Shown here: piece by piece, positions 8,225 to 17,467 of the stretch
Position numbering within the stretch: position 1 is the first letter of the stretch
Layout of the letters: every line of letters begins with the position of its first letter
Assembly (NCBI GenBank): GCA_036338695.1
Contig: JAYZBQ010000034.1
Span: 1 to 28,091 of the forward strand
Source: Myxococcota bacterium
Lineage (GTDB): Bacteria > Myxococcota > UBA4151
DNA: 28,091 nucleotides
Reading direction: 5' to 3'
Translations under genes and position numbers: made by a program
The notes under the pieces: generated by a model
What the model saw: only the letters and a program-made list of their open reading frames with translations
Database searches by the model: none
Told to the model about the DNA's origin: nothing

Positions 8225-8973
8225 GACGCCATCCCCTCTTCGATCCAGCCATAGCCCTGCTCTTCCAGCTTGAGGGCGAGGTCTTTGTCGCCGCTGTGGA
8301 CGATCTTGCCGTCGGCGAGCACGTGGACGTAGTCCGGGACGATGTAGTCGAGGAGCCGCTGATAGTGGGTCACCAGAAGGATGGCGCGCCCTTCACTGCG
8401 GAGCCTGTTCACACCCTCGGCGACGATGCGCAGGGCGTCGATGTCGAGCCCCGAGTCAGTCTCATCGAGCAGCGCCAGCTTCGGCTCGAGGACGAGCATC
8501 TGAAAGATCTCGTTGCGCTTCTTCTCACCGCCCGAGAAGCCGACGTTGAGCGAGCGGTTGAGCAGGTCCTCGTCAAGCTCGACCGCCGCCGCCCGCTCGC
8601 GCACCATCCGCAGGAAGGGCACGGGCTGCATGGGCTCCTCGCCGCGGTGCTTGCGCGCCGCGTTCACCGCCGCCTTGAGAAAATACAGGTTGGTGATCCC
8701 GGGGATCTCCACCGGGTACTGAAAGGCGAGAAAGACGCCCTCCCGCGCCCGCTCTTCAGGCTCCATATCGAGCAGGTCTTTCCCGTCGTAGGTCGCTGAG
8801 CCCGAGGTCACCTCAAAGCCGGGGCGACCGGATAAAACGTGACACAGGGTCGACTTACCGCTGCCGTTGGGGCCCATGATGGCGTGCACTTCGCCCGCTT
8901 GGATCTCGAGGTTGAGCCCATTGAGGATGGGCTTCTCCTCCACGGCGACGTGGAGATCTTTAATGGAGAGCAT
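8221..8973 (-). CDS. sufC: Fe-S cluster assembly ATPase SufC
   Basis: GPNGSGKST, FLAFQYPVEIPG, GFSGGEKKRNE, LDETDSGLDIDAL, THYQRLLDY. Confidence 0.97.
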   Translation of the reverse strand: MLSIKDLHVAVEEKPILNGLNLEIQAGEVHAIMGPNGSGKSTLCHVLSGRPGFEVTSGSATYDGKDLLDMEPEERAREGVFLAFQYPVEIPGITNLYFLKAAVNAARKHRGEEPMQPVPFLRMVRERAAAVELDEDLLNRSLNVGFSGGEKKRNEIFQMLVLEPKLALLDETDSGLDIDALRIVAEGVNRLRSEGRAILLVTHYQRLLDYIVPDYVHVLADGKIVHSGDKDLALKLEEQGYGWIEEGMAS

Positions 8974-8997
8974 GGTGAGAATTCCTCTGCCTTTTTG

Positions 8998-10440
8998 TTA
9001 GCCGACCGTTCCTTCTAAACTCACCGCCATGAGTTGGGTCGCTTCGGCGGCAAATTCCATCGGCAATTCTTTGAAAACATCCTTACAAAACCCAGAGACG
9101 ATGATGCTCACCGCCTCCTCAGGGCCGATCCCTCGCTGCTGACAAAAGAACAGCTGATCCTCCGAGATCCGTGACGTGGTGGCTTCATGCTCCACCTTCG
9201 CCGTGGGGTTCTTGATCTCGAGGTAGGGGAACGTATGAGCCTGGCACGCGTCGCCGATCAGCAACGAGTCACACTGCGAGAAGTTGCGTCCGCCGTGTGC
9301 GCTCTTTTTCATCTCGACGAGGCCTCGATAGGACTGGACGCCGCGCCCTGCAGAGATCCCCTTAGAGATGATCGTCGAGCGCGTGTTCTTGCCGATGTGC
9401 ACCATCTTTGTGCCCGTGTCGGCTTGCTGCTTGCGATTGGTCAACGCCACCGAATAGAACTCGCCGACCGAGTCGTCGCCGATGAGCAGACAGCTCGGGT
9501 ATTTCCAGGTGATCGCCGAGCCGGTCTCAACCTGCGTCCACGAGATCTTTGAGCGCGCACCGATGCACGATCCTCGCTTGGTGACGAAGTTGTAGATGCC
9601 GCCTCGGCCCTCTTCATCGCCTGGATACCAGTTCTGAACTGTGGAGTATTTGATCTCGGCGTCCTCATGCGCCACCAGCTCGACCACCGCCGCGTGCAGC
9701 TGGTTCTCGTCGCGCTGAGGCGCCGTGCACCCCTCGAGGTAGCTGACGTGGCTGCCCTTTTCGGCGATGATCAAAGTCCGCTCAAACTGACCGGTGTTCT
9801 GCTCGTTGATCCGGAAGTAGGTCGAGAGCTCCATCGGGCATTTCACGCCCTCGGGGATGTACACGAAGCTGCCGTCGGTAAAGACGGCGGCGTTGAGCGC
9901 AGAGAAGAAGTTGTCCTGAGCAGGCACGACCGTCCCGAGGTACTGACGCACCAGCTCGGGGTACTTCTGCACCGCCTCGGAGATCGGGCAGAAGATCACC
10001 CCCGCCTTGGCGAGCGTGTCTTTGAAGGTGGTGGTCACCGAGACCGAATCAAAGACGACGTCGACGGCGACGTTCGCAAGCCGCTTCTGCTCCTCGAGCG
10101 GGATCCCGAGCTTCTCGTAGGTCTCGAGCAGCTTGGGGTCGACCTCGTCGAGGCTCTCGAGCTTTGGATTCGGCTTGGGCGCCGAGTAGTAACTGATCGC
10201 TTGGTAGTCGATCGGCTCGACCTCGAGCTTTGCCCAATCCGGCGGCGTCATCCGCTGCCAGCGAGCAAAGGCGCGCAGCCGCAGCTCAAGCAACCACTCC
10301 GGCTCATTCTTTTTCGCTGAGATGAACCGAATCACCGACTCATCGAGCCCCGGCGCCACGGTCTCGGACTCGATGTCCGTGACAAAGCCGTACTGGTAAT
10401 CCTGCGCTGCGATCTCTTTGACCAGCTTGTTCTGCGTCAT
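8998..10440 (-). CDS. sufB: Fe-S cluster assembly protein SufB (480 aa)
   Basis: Start at ATG 10440 (ATGA overlap with the regulator stop; [19 protein letters not shown]); [60 protein letters not shown]. Confidence 0.97.
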   Translation of the reverse strand: MTQNKLVKEIAAQDYQYGFVTDIESETVAPGLDESVIRFISAKKNEPEWLLELRLRAFARWQRMTPPDWAKLEVEPIDYQAISYYSAPKPNPKLESLDEVDPKLLETYEKLGIPLEEQKRLANVAVDVVFDSVSVTTTFKDTLAKAGVIFCPISEAVQKYPELVRQYLGTVVPAQDNFFSALNAAVFTDGSFVYIPEGVKCPMELSTYFRINEQNTGQFERTLIIAEKGSHVSYLEGCTAPQRDENQLHAAVVELVAHEDAEIKYSTVQNWYPGDEEGRGGIYNFVTKRGSCIGARSKISWTQVETGSAITWKYPSCLLIGDDSVGEFYSVALTNRKQQADTGTKMVHIGKNTRSTIISKGISAGRGVQSYRGLVEMKKSAHGGRNFSQCDSLLIGDACQAHTFPYLEIKNPTAKVEHEATTSRISEDQLFFCQQRGIGPEEAVSIIVSGFCKDVFKELPMEFAAEATQLMAVSLEGTVG

Positions 10441-10868
10441 CGCCTCGACTCCAACACCTGAAAGGTCGGGCGCGCCATATCCCACAAGGAGATGTCGGCG
10501 AGCGCCTGTTTGACTGCGTCGTTGATCTGCACCCATGGGGCGCGCACCAGACAATTCTCTTCGTGGCTGCACTGACCGTCGCTGGGCGCCGAGCTGCACT
10601 CGGTCAGCGCGATCGGCCCCTCGAGCGCCTCGATCACGTCCAGAATCCGGATCGACTCGGGCACCCCATGGAGCCGATAGCCGCCATGCGCGCCGCGCAT
10701 CGCCACCAAGAAGTCGTGGCGGCTGAGCTCCTTGAGCACCTTGGCGACCGTCGCCTGCGTCAGGTCGGTCTCCTGCGCCAGCTGCCGCGCCGTCTTGGAG
10801 CCGCCCGCCCGCGCCAAATTACCCAACCGGACGATTCCGTAGTCGGTCATTTTGCTCATGCGGATCAT
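10437..10868 (-). CDS. Rrf2-family SUF-system Fe-S cluster assembly regulator
   Basis: [11 protein letters not shown], winged-helix [22 protein letters not shown] plus two further Cys (C-x8-C-x5-C); first gene of the suf operon. Confidence 0.92.
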   Translation of the reverse strand: MIRMSKMTDYGIVRLGNLARAGGSKTARQLAQETDLTQATVAKVLKELSRHDFLVAMRGAHGGYRLHGVPESIRILDVIEALEGPIALTECSSAPSDGQCSHEENCLVRAPWVQINDAVKQALADISLWDMARPTFQVLESRR

Positions 10869-10915
10869 AGCGACTCCAAAGCCCGATGGACCGGCCTATC
10901 TAGGCGCTTCGCCGT

Positions 10916-10940
10916 AAAGAGAACCAATCCGGTCCCCTTT
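10916..10940. promoter_or_regulatory. Candidate Rrf2 operator (imperfect 10-5-10 inverted repeat)
   Basis: AAAGAGAACC-AATCC-GGTCCCCTTT; arms match 8/10; about 48 nt upstream of the regulator ATG. Confidence 0.6.
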
Positions 10941-11045
10941 GATTCCAAAGCGCGAAATTGATCAAGCAAAACAGACCGAAATTCGGGCGCCCCTGGCCGC
11001 AAAGAGCATTGACCAATGGCGGCGAAATTATCACCGCTCGGCGCG

Positions 11046-13457
11046 ATGCCGCAGCGACTCCCCTTACACGACCAGCTCCCCGCGTTGCTCGAGACGCTTC
11101 GAAGCGGTCGCACGACCCTGCTGAGCGCGCCACCTGGCGCGGGCAAAAGCACCTTGGTTCCAGGCGCAGTCGCTGACCAGAGCTGGTGCGCTGGGCGCGT
11201 CCTTGTCAGCCAGCCGCGGCGTCTGGCGGCGCAAGCGCTGGCGAGGCGGGTTGCGGCTCAGCGGGGCACAAAGCTCGGCGGAGAGGTGGGCTACTCGGTC
11301 CGGTTTGATCGCCAGGTGAGCGCGACGACGCGCGTTGAATTCGTCACCGCAGGGCTCCTGCTGCGCCGAATCCAGAGCGACCCTTTCCTCGACGGTGTCG
11401 ACTGCGTCATCCTCGATGAATTCCACGAGCGCTCGCTCGACAGCGACCTGAGCCTGGCGCTGCTGCTCCAAGTCCAAGCAGAGGCCCGCCCCGACCTTCG
11501 GCTCGTCATCATGTCCGCCACGCTGGACGTCAGCGCCCTCGAGCGCCGCCTCCCGGACGCGGCTCAGGTGCGCACGAGCGGGCGCAGCTTCCCCGTGGAG
11601 ATCGAGCACCTCAGGCGAGACGACGACGTCCCAAGTGCGACCGCCGCCGCTCGAGCGGCGCTGCGCGCCTTGAGCCCCAGCGGGCGGGTGTTGGTGTTCT
11701 TACCCGGCGTTGGGAGCATCGAGCGCTGCCGGCGTGCGCTCGCCGACGCCGACGTCTCGGTGCTGCCGCTCCACGGGCGGCTCAGCGCACGCGAGCAGCA
11801 GCGCGTGCTGACACCCTGCGTCGAACCTCAGATCATCTTAGCGACCAACCTCGCCCAGACGAGCCTGACCATCGACGGCGTCCACACGGTGGTCGACAGC
11901 GGGCTCGAGCGCGCCATGCGCTACGACCCTCGGCTCGGCGTCAGCCGGCTCACGACGGTCCCGATCAGCCGCGCCTCGGCGGAGCAGCGCGCCGGGCGGG
12001 CGGGGCGCCTCGGCCCCGGGCGCTGCGTCCGGTTGTGGTCCCAAGCCTCCCACCACCAGCGCGCGGAGCACGACGACGCCGAGGTCGCCAACGCCGAGCT
12101 CTCCTCGAGCCTCCTGCAGATCTTAAGCTGGGGGCAAGCGCTCGACGACTTTGCGTGGTTTGAGGCGCCGCCTGCCGCGCATGTACGGCGCGCCTGCTCG
12201 CTGCTCGAGACCCTCGATGCGCTCAGCGTACAAGGCAAACTGACGGCTACAGGTCGGCAGCTAGCGACGCTCCCCATCGAGCCACGCCTCGGCGCCGTCT
12301 TGCTGCGCGGCGCGCAGCTCGGGCACACGCGCCTGGCCTGCGAGGTCGCCGCGATCGCCTCTGAGCCGGACTTCTTGAGGCACCCTCCCCCTGAGCGCTG
12401 CGACGACGACCTGCAGTACCGGCTCGAACAACTCAAGGCGCCGAAAGGACCCATCGATGCGCATGGACGCGCCCGGGTGCAGCGGGTGGCGCAGCAGCTC
12501 GAACGGCTCGCCCCCAAGGCTGCACCACGCCGTGAGGACACGGCGCACCTGCTTCAAGACCTGCTGCTCGCAGGGTTCAGCGATCGACTCGCTCGCCGCA
12601 GCGACGACGGCAGCTATGTCTTAGCAGCCGGCTTCCAAGCGAAGCGCTCGCCGCGCAGCCGCTGCGCGCCCGCTGAGGTGATCCTGGCGGTCAACCTCAA
12701 CGCCCAAGAGCGCCACACCCCGCTGATCGAAGCCGCGCTGCCGGTCGCCCTCGACAGGCTCGAGCGACGCCATACGCTCGAGCTGCGCTGGGACCCCCAG
12801 CGTGCGGCGGTGATGCACGAACGCTGCGAACGCCTCGGGACGCTCGTGCTCAAGCGCAGCCCGGCTCACGAGGCGCCCGATCCGGTGGCGGTGGCGCGCG
12901 TGCTGTTCGAAGCGCTCGAGAACCAGCCAGAGCGTGCGCTGCACTGGGACACCAAGGCACAGGCGCTGGCCGACCGGCTAAGGTTTTGCAGACAACATGG
13001 CGCGGATGAGCTGCCCGACCCAAACGATTCGGCGCAGCTGCTCAAAGCGATCTGCGCCGGCCGCCGCAGCCTCGACGAGCTGCGCCGCGCCGACCTCGCC
13101 CAGGCGCTCACCGACCAGCTGAGCTACCCCATGAGGCAGACGCTCGCCGACTGGGCGCCTACCCACTTTAAGCTCCCAAGCGGGCGCTCGGCCCGGGTCG
13201 ACTACGCCAACCCGAGCGCGCCGGCGCTGCGCGCGCGCCTGCAGGACTTCTTCGGCTTGGAGGAGACGCCACGCTTAGCTCAGGGCAGGGCGTCGACGGT
13301 CTGCCACCTGCTGGCGCCGAACGGTCGCCCTGCCCAGGTCACGAGCGACCTCGCTGGGTTCTGGCGTGGGTCCTATGCCGAGGTGCGTAAAGCGCTCAGG
13401 GGCCGCTACCCAAAGCACGACTGGCCTGAGCAGCCTCATCTACGCAATTCGTCGTAG
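11046..13457 (+). CDS. hrpB: ATP-dependent RNA helicase HrpB
   Basis: APPGAGKST, PRRLAA, GEVGYSVRF, DEFHER, MSAT, QRAGRAGR and the HrpB C-terminus LLAPNGRPAQVTSDLAGFWRGSYAEVRKALRGRYPKHDWP. Start ATG 11046 (MPQRLPL) preferred over 11016. Confidence 0.95.
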   Translation: MPQRLPLHDQLPALLETLRSGRTTLLSAPPGAGKSTLVPGAVADQSWCAGRVLVSQPRRLAAQALARRVAAQRGTKLGGEVGYSVRFDRQVSATTRVEFVTAGLLLRRIQSDPFLDGVDCVILDEFHERSLDSDLSLALLLQVQAEARPDLRLVIMSATLDVSALERRLPDAAQVRTSGRSFPVEIEHLRRDDDVPSATAAARAALRALSPSGRVLVFLPGVGSIERCRRALADADVSVLPLHGRLSAREQQRVLTPCVEPQIILATNLAQTSLTIDGVHTVVDSGLERAMRYDPRLGVSRLTTVPISRASAEQRAGRAGRLGPGRCVRLWSQASHHQRAEHDDAEVANAELSSSLLQILSWGQALDDFAWFEAPPAAHVRRACSLLETLDALSVQGKLTATGRQLATLPIEPRLGAVLLRGAQLGHTRLACEVAAIASEPDFLRHPPPERCDDDLQYRLEQLKAPKGPIDAHGRARVQRVAQQLERLAPKAAPRREDTAHLLQDLLLAGFSDRLARRSDDGSYVLAAGFQAKRSPRSRCAPAEVILAVNLNAQERHTPLIEAALPVALDRLERRHTLELRWDPQRAAVMHERCERLGTLVLKRSPAHEAPDPVAVARVLFEALENQPERALHWDTKAQALADRLRFCRQHGADELPDPNDSAQLLKAICAGRRSLDELRRADLAQALTDQLSYPMRQTLADWAPTHFKLPSGRSARVDYANPSAPALRARLQDFFGLEETPRLAQGRASTVCHLLAPNGRPAQVTSDLAGFWRGSYAEVRKALRGRYPKHDWPEQPHLRNSS

Positions 13458-13516
13458 GCGGCGAAACATCGACCGCCCCCCGGCGATAACGACGTCAACA
13501 TCATTAGGGGGGCATC

Positions 13517-14971
13517 ATGCGTAACTTCTGTTTTCTTCTGGTTCTGTTGAGCGCTGCCTGCGGCGCGCCGACCAACCCAGCCGAACCGCAACAAAACCTT
13601 CCCGGTGACCGTCAGGTCGATCCGGTCGATCCGGTCAACACGGACCCAATCTGTGGCAACGGACAAGTGGAAGCGGGTGAGACCTGCGACGATGGCAACC
13701 TTGAGACCGGCGATGGCTGCGACGCGCAGTGCGCCAACGAAGAGGTCGTGATCGAAGACGACCACGGCGACACCGCTGCGGACGCCAGCCAGCTGCCGAT
13801 CGGCGCACCTCAGCGTGGCGTCTTTGAGCGCGCGGAAGACGTCGACGTCTTCGCCATCACCATCGCCATGGAAGGGCGCTACATCGTCGCCGCCGAAGGC
13901 GCTGGAACGCTCAACTGCAAGCTCAGCAGCGCAGACGGCGAGACCTTGGCGGACGAGTCCGGCGACGGCAGCTGCGAGGCGACCGTGGCTTTGAGCCCCG
14001 GCGCGTACACGTTGAGCCTGTCCCTGGATGCCGGCGAGACCCCCGCACGTTACATGGTCCGGCTCCAAGCGGCTGGCGACGAGCCGGCTGATGACCGCTG
14101 CGGTGACGGCAACCGTGACCTCGGCGAAGGCTGCGACGACGGCAACAACGAAGCCGGCGACGGCTGCGACCCGAACTGCCAGCCCGAGCTCGGCGACGAC
14201 ATCCAAGGCGACACCCGCGACCAAGCGGCAGCGCTGGCGCTCGGTCAGGTCGTCGAGTCGGCCCTCAACGTCGGCGGGGACGTGGACTACTACACCTTCA
14301 CCACCGAGGCGGCGGGTGAGTACCAGGTCAACACGACCGGCAGCACGGACACCTACTGTCATCTTGAGAACGGTCAAGGCGAAGACATCGCCACCAACGA
14401 CGATGGCGGCGAAGGCTTGAACTGCCAGCTGATCGAAGAGCTCGAGGCGAACACCCAGTATTACCTCAAGGTGCGCGGCTTCAACGAGACCCGTGTCGGC
14501 GCCTACACGGTCACGGTCAGCTACCTGACCCCGCCGGTCTGCGGTAACGGTCAAGTCGAGCGCAACGAAGCATGCGATGACGGCAACAACGTCGAAGGCG
14601 ACGGCTGTGACGCCACCTGCTCGATCGAAGATGATTTCGGTAACGACGTCGACGGCGCCCACGCCATCCAAGACCCTTCAACGACCGAAGGGAACCTGAT
14701 CGAGGATGACATGGACTTCTTCCGCTTCACCGCCGCTGCGACCGGCTTGCGTCAGATCCACACCACCGGCGGCACCGACACCTACTGTCACCTGCTCGAC
14801 GGTCAGGGGAACCAGATCGCTGCGGACGATGACGGCGGCGAGATGACCAACTGTGAGATCCAGCACGAGCTCACCGCAGGCGTCACCTACATCATCAAAG
14901 TGCGTGGCTTCTCGACCCGTGTCACCGGTGACTACACGCTGCATCTCGGCGAGCCCGTCGAGGCGCCGTAA
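13517..14971 (+). CDS. Lipoprotein with three [myxobacterial Cys-rich repeat + PPC/DVUA0089-like beta domain] units
   Basis: Lipobox SAAC; three CG(N/D)G...CDDGN..GDGCD..C repeats, each followed by DD(H/I/F)xxx and a D.D.(F/Y)...Y.L/VKVRGF-type module. Confidence 0.85.
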   Translation: MRNFCFLLVLLSAACGAPTNPAEPQQNLPGDRQVDPVDPVNTDPICGNGQVEAGETCDDGNLETGDGCDAQCANEEVVIEDDHGDTAADASQLPIGAPQRGVFERAEDVDVFAITIAMEGRYIVAAEGAGTLNCKLSSADGETLADESGDGSCEATVALSPGAYTLSLSLDAGETPARYMVRLQAAGDEPADDRCGDGNRDLGEGCDDGNNEAGDGCDPNCQPELGDDIQGDTRDQAAALALGQVVESALNVGGDVDYYTFTTEAAGEYQVNTTGSTDTYCHLENGQGEDIATNDDGGEGLNCQLIEELEANTQYYLKVRGFNETRVGAYTVTVSYLTPPVCGNGQVERNEACDDGNNVEGDGCDATCSIEDDFGNDVDGAHAIQDPSTTEGNLIEDDMDFFRFTAAATGLRQIHTTGGTDTYCHLLDGQGNQIAADDDGGEMTNCEIQHELTAGVTYIIKVRGFSTRVTGDYTLHLGEPVEAP

Positions 14972-15108
14972 AAAAAGGTCTAAAGCTTTGCGGCGGGAGG
15001 TCCGATCCCCTGAGTGAGGATCAGCCCTCCAGCTGCATAAGCTGCCTTTCGGTAGTCTACAACCTGCTGCAGCATGAGTGCCCGGCTTGCCGGGCACTCG
15101 CCTTTTTT
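14971..15108 (+). ncRNA. Candidate structured RNA or 3' element of unknown family
   Basis: Nested complementary segments 14988-14997/15063-15072, 14996-15008/15018-15030 and 15041-15046/15051-15056, then a terminator. No known family recognised. Confidence 0.35.
15076..15108 (+). terminator. Intrinsic terminator (hairpin may also serve the convergent fabH-like gene)
   Basis: Perfect inverted repeat GAGTGCCCGGC-TT-GCCGGGCACTC followed by GCCTTTTTT. Confidence 0.85.
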
Positions 15109-15109
15109 G

Positions 15110-16102
15110 TCAGTAGCGCAGGACCCCGCCACCCCAGGTAAAGCCCGAGCCAAAGCCCGCCATGGCGATCAGGTCGCCGCGCTGGATGCGCCCGTCACGC
15201 ACGCCCTCGGCGAGCAGCGTCGGGATGGTGGCGGCTGAGGTGTTGCCGAAGCGCTCGATGTTGCTGGGCACCTTCTCAGCCGGGATCCCAAGACGCTGCG
15301 CCACCATCTGGTTGATGCGCAGGTTCGCCTGGTGAAACAAAAAGTGGTCGACGTCGTCGAGCCCAAAGCCAGCGACCTGAAGCGAATGCATCAAGACCTC
15401 GGGCATCCGCGTGACGGCGTGCTTAAACACGTAGCGGCCGTCCATCTTGGGGTACATCATCCCCTCATCGATCATCTCGGTGGTGATCATCGGGTTGAAG
15501 GCTAAGCCGGGCGCCTCCATCCACAAGCGCTTAGCGTGTTCACCCTGTGCGTGCAGCGTGATGTCGTAGAGGTGCTCTTGCTCATCGCGGCCGAGGATGA
15601 GGGCGCCGGCGCCATCGCCAAACAACACCATGGTGTCCCGCCCTCGGTTGGTGAACTCAAGACCATTGCTGTGGACCTCTGCGCCGACGACGAGGATCCG
15701 CTCATACTGACCCGAGGCGACAAAAGCGTGCGCCGTTTTGAGCGCATAGACAAAGCCGGTGCACTGAACGCGCAGGTCCATCGCGGGCGTCGTGGTGCAC
15801 CCGAGCTTGTCTTGCAAGAAGGAGCTGACCCCCGGGAAGAAGTGGTCCGGGGTGAAGCTTGCGACCAAGATCATATCGAGCTCGTCGGCGCTCATCTGAG
15901 CCTGCTCGAGCGCGCCCTTGCTCGCCTCGAGCGCAAGGTCCGAGGTCGAGACACCCGGCTCGACGAACCGGCGCGTCTTAATCCCGGAGCGCTGCTGGAT
16001 CCACTCGTCCGAGGTCTCGACCAGCTCGGCGAGGTCGTGGTTGCTCACCTCGCGCGGCGGATGATACAGTCCGGTCCCTAAAATCTTTGCACCAAAGGCC
16101 AT
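15110..16102 (-). CDS. fabH: 3-oxoacyl-ACP synthase III (FabH family)
   Basis: Start ATG 16102 after AGGGAG; TSDEWIQQRSGI, QCTGF (Cys), LFGDGAGA, FHQANLRI (His), GNTSAATIP (Asn), GFGSGFTWG. Confidence 0.9.
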   Translation of the reverse strand: MAFGAKILGTGLYHPPREVSNHDLAELVETSDEWIQQRSGIKTRRFVEPGVSTSDLALEASKGALEQAQMSADELDMILVASFTPDHFFPGVSSFLQDKLGCTTTPAMDLRVQCTGFVYALKTAHAFVASGQYERILVVGAEVHSNGLEFTNRGRDTMVLFGDGAGALILGRDEQEHLYDITLHAQGEHAKRLWMEAPGLAFNPMITTEMIDEGMMYPKMDGRYVFKHAVTRMPEVLMHSLQVAGFGLDDVDHFLFHQANLRINQMVAQRLGIPAEKVPSNIERFGNTSAATIPTLLAEGVRDGRIQRGDLIAMAGFGSGFTWGGGVLRY

Positions 16103-16208
16103 CTGGCTGTGCTCCCTTGTCAGCATCGTGGTGCTGCCATAACGCCTGCTGAACACTTTTGACACCCGAGGGTTTTTGTTGAGCCACGAAGAACGCACCG
16201 ATCGGCTG

Positions 16209-16754
16209 ATGAGCCAGATCCCGTGGGGCAAGCTGGTGCTGCTGTGGATCGCTGTGTTTGCAGCGGCTGGCCTGGTGTCCTACCTGGCCCGAGATCAGAT
16301 GAGCGCGCTCGGTGGAGCCTTCTATGCGCAGCACGGTCTGGTCGGTTTAGCGATCATGGTGCTGCTGATCGACACCTACACCCCGGGCTTTCCCTTTGAG
16401 ACCATCGTGTTCCTTGCGCTGGCCGCGGGCGGCGACTGGCTGGTGCTGGCGCTCGTAGCCGGGAGCGCCAGCAGCCTGGCTGGCGCGCTCGGTTACGGTC
16501 ACGGCGCGCTGCTCGATCGCTGGCTAGGCGTCCATCAGCGCGTCGCGGGCAAACCATGGATGGCAAAGCTTCGGCGCTTTGGCGCCGCCTTCGTCGCCTT
16601 TGGCGCGCTCACGCCCTTCCCTTACTCGGCGATCAACTGGAGCGCAGGTGCGCTGAGGTTACCCTTCTGGCATTGTTTCGCCGCAAGCTGGGTGCGATTA
16701 GCTCGGACCCTCCTTTTTACCTACCTGATGCACCTCGGCTGGAGCTTGTTTTGA
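16209..16754 (+). CDS. DedA/VTT (SNARE-associated, YqaA-like) membrane protein
   Basis: Hydrophobic protein with PGFPFE, ASSLAGALGY, GALTPFPYSAINWSAG and VRLAR motifs. Confidence 0.8.
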   Translation: MSQIPWGKLVLLWIAVFAAAGLVSYLARDQMSALGGAFYAQHGLVGLAIMVLLIDTYTPGFPFETIVFLALAAGGDWLVLALVAGSASSLAGALGYGHGALLDRWLGVHQRVAGKPWMAKLRRFGAAFVAFGALTPFPYSAINWSAGALRLPFWHCFAASWVRLARTLLFTYLMHLGWSLF

Positions 16755-17467
16755 GCCAACTTGAAGTGACCCCCATCCCCTGCCTCAAGGACAACTACGC
16801 CTATCTGCTGCGCTGCCCGACCACCGGCACCCGCGCCGTGATCGACCCGAGCGAGGCGGCGCCCGTCCTCGACGTCGTCGGGGATCGGCTGGACGCCATC
16901 CTCAACACCCACCACCACTGGGATCACACCGGCGGCAACGAGCAGCTGCTCGAGGCGTTCCCTGACCTCGAGGTCTACGGACACCGCTCCGATGACGGTC
17001 GCATCTTTGGGCAGACGCAACGGCTCGACGACGGCGACGTCGTCCATGTCGGACATCATAAGGCGCGCATCCTCTTCATCCCCGGTCACACCACCGGGTC
17101 GATCGCCTACCACTTCCGAGACGACGTGTTCACCGGCGACGCCCTCTTTATCGCCGGCTGCGGACGCGTCTTCGAGGGCAACCCGGTGATGATGCACAAC
17201 AGCCTGCAGCGCCTGACGGCGCTCCACCCTCAGACCCGCGTCTGGGTTGGGCACGAATACACCGTGGCGAACCTGACCTTCGCTCAGACCGTCGAGCCGG
17301 AGAACCAAGCCATCCAAAAGGCGCTCAAGCGCGCGCAAGCTGCCCGGGCACAGGGGCTCCCAACGATCCCCTCGAGCGTCGAACTCGAGCTGCAGATCAA
17401 CCCGTTCTTGCGGGCATCAAGCCCTGAGGTTTTCGCTGAGCGCAGGGCGCTTAAGGACGCCTTCTAG
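16751..17467 (+). CDS. gloB: Hydroxyacylglutathione hydrolase (glyoxalase II)
   Basis: TTG start overlapping the upstream TGA, with GGAG RBS; DNYAYL, THHHWDHTGGN, PGHT, FTGDALFIAGCGR, GHEYT, NPFLR. Confidence 0.93.
   Translation: MSQLEVTPIPCLKDNYAYLLRCPTTGTRAVIDPSEAAPVLDVVGDRLDAILNTHHHWDHTGGNEQLLEAFPDLEVYGHRSDDGRIFGQTQRLDDGDVVHVGHHKARILFIPGHTTGSIAYHFRDDVFTGDALFIAGCGRVFEGNPVMMHNSLQRLTALHPQTRVWVGHEYTVANLTFAQTVEPENQAIQKALKRAQAARAQGLPTIPSSVELELQINPFLRASSPEVFAERRALKDAF

Noticed and set aside
10441..10599. N-terminal extension of SufB in the ORF track (likewise gloB from 16556, fabH from 16231, hemE from 20986, GNAT from 20959, lipoprotein from 24114)
   Set aside because: Longest-ORF artefacts; downstream starts have an RBS or stop/start coupling and/or match the family N-terminus.
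14985..15060. Hammerhead- or HDV-like ribozyme, or known riboswitch, reading of the element (CTGAGTGA; minus-strand TGA-TCCTCAC-TCA)
   Set aside because: The CUGANGA/GAAA core spacing is wrong, there is no convincing HDV P1 partner or P4, and no TPP, SAM, purine or SRP consensus is present.
14980..15075. 31-aa minus-strand ORF MLQQVVDYRKAAYAAGGLILTQGIGPPAAKL inside the structured element
   Set aside because: No RBS, the start abuts a strong hairpin, and there is no recognisable motif; cannot be supported without Ribo-seq.
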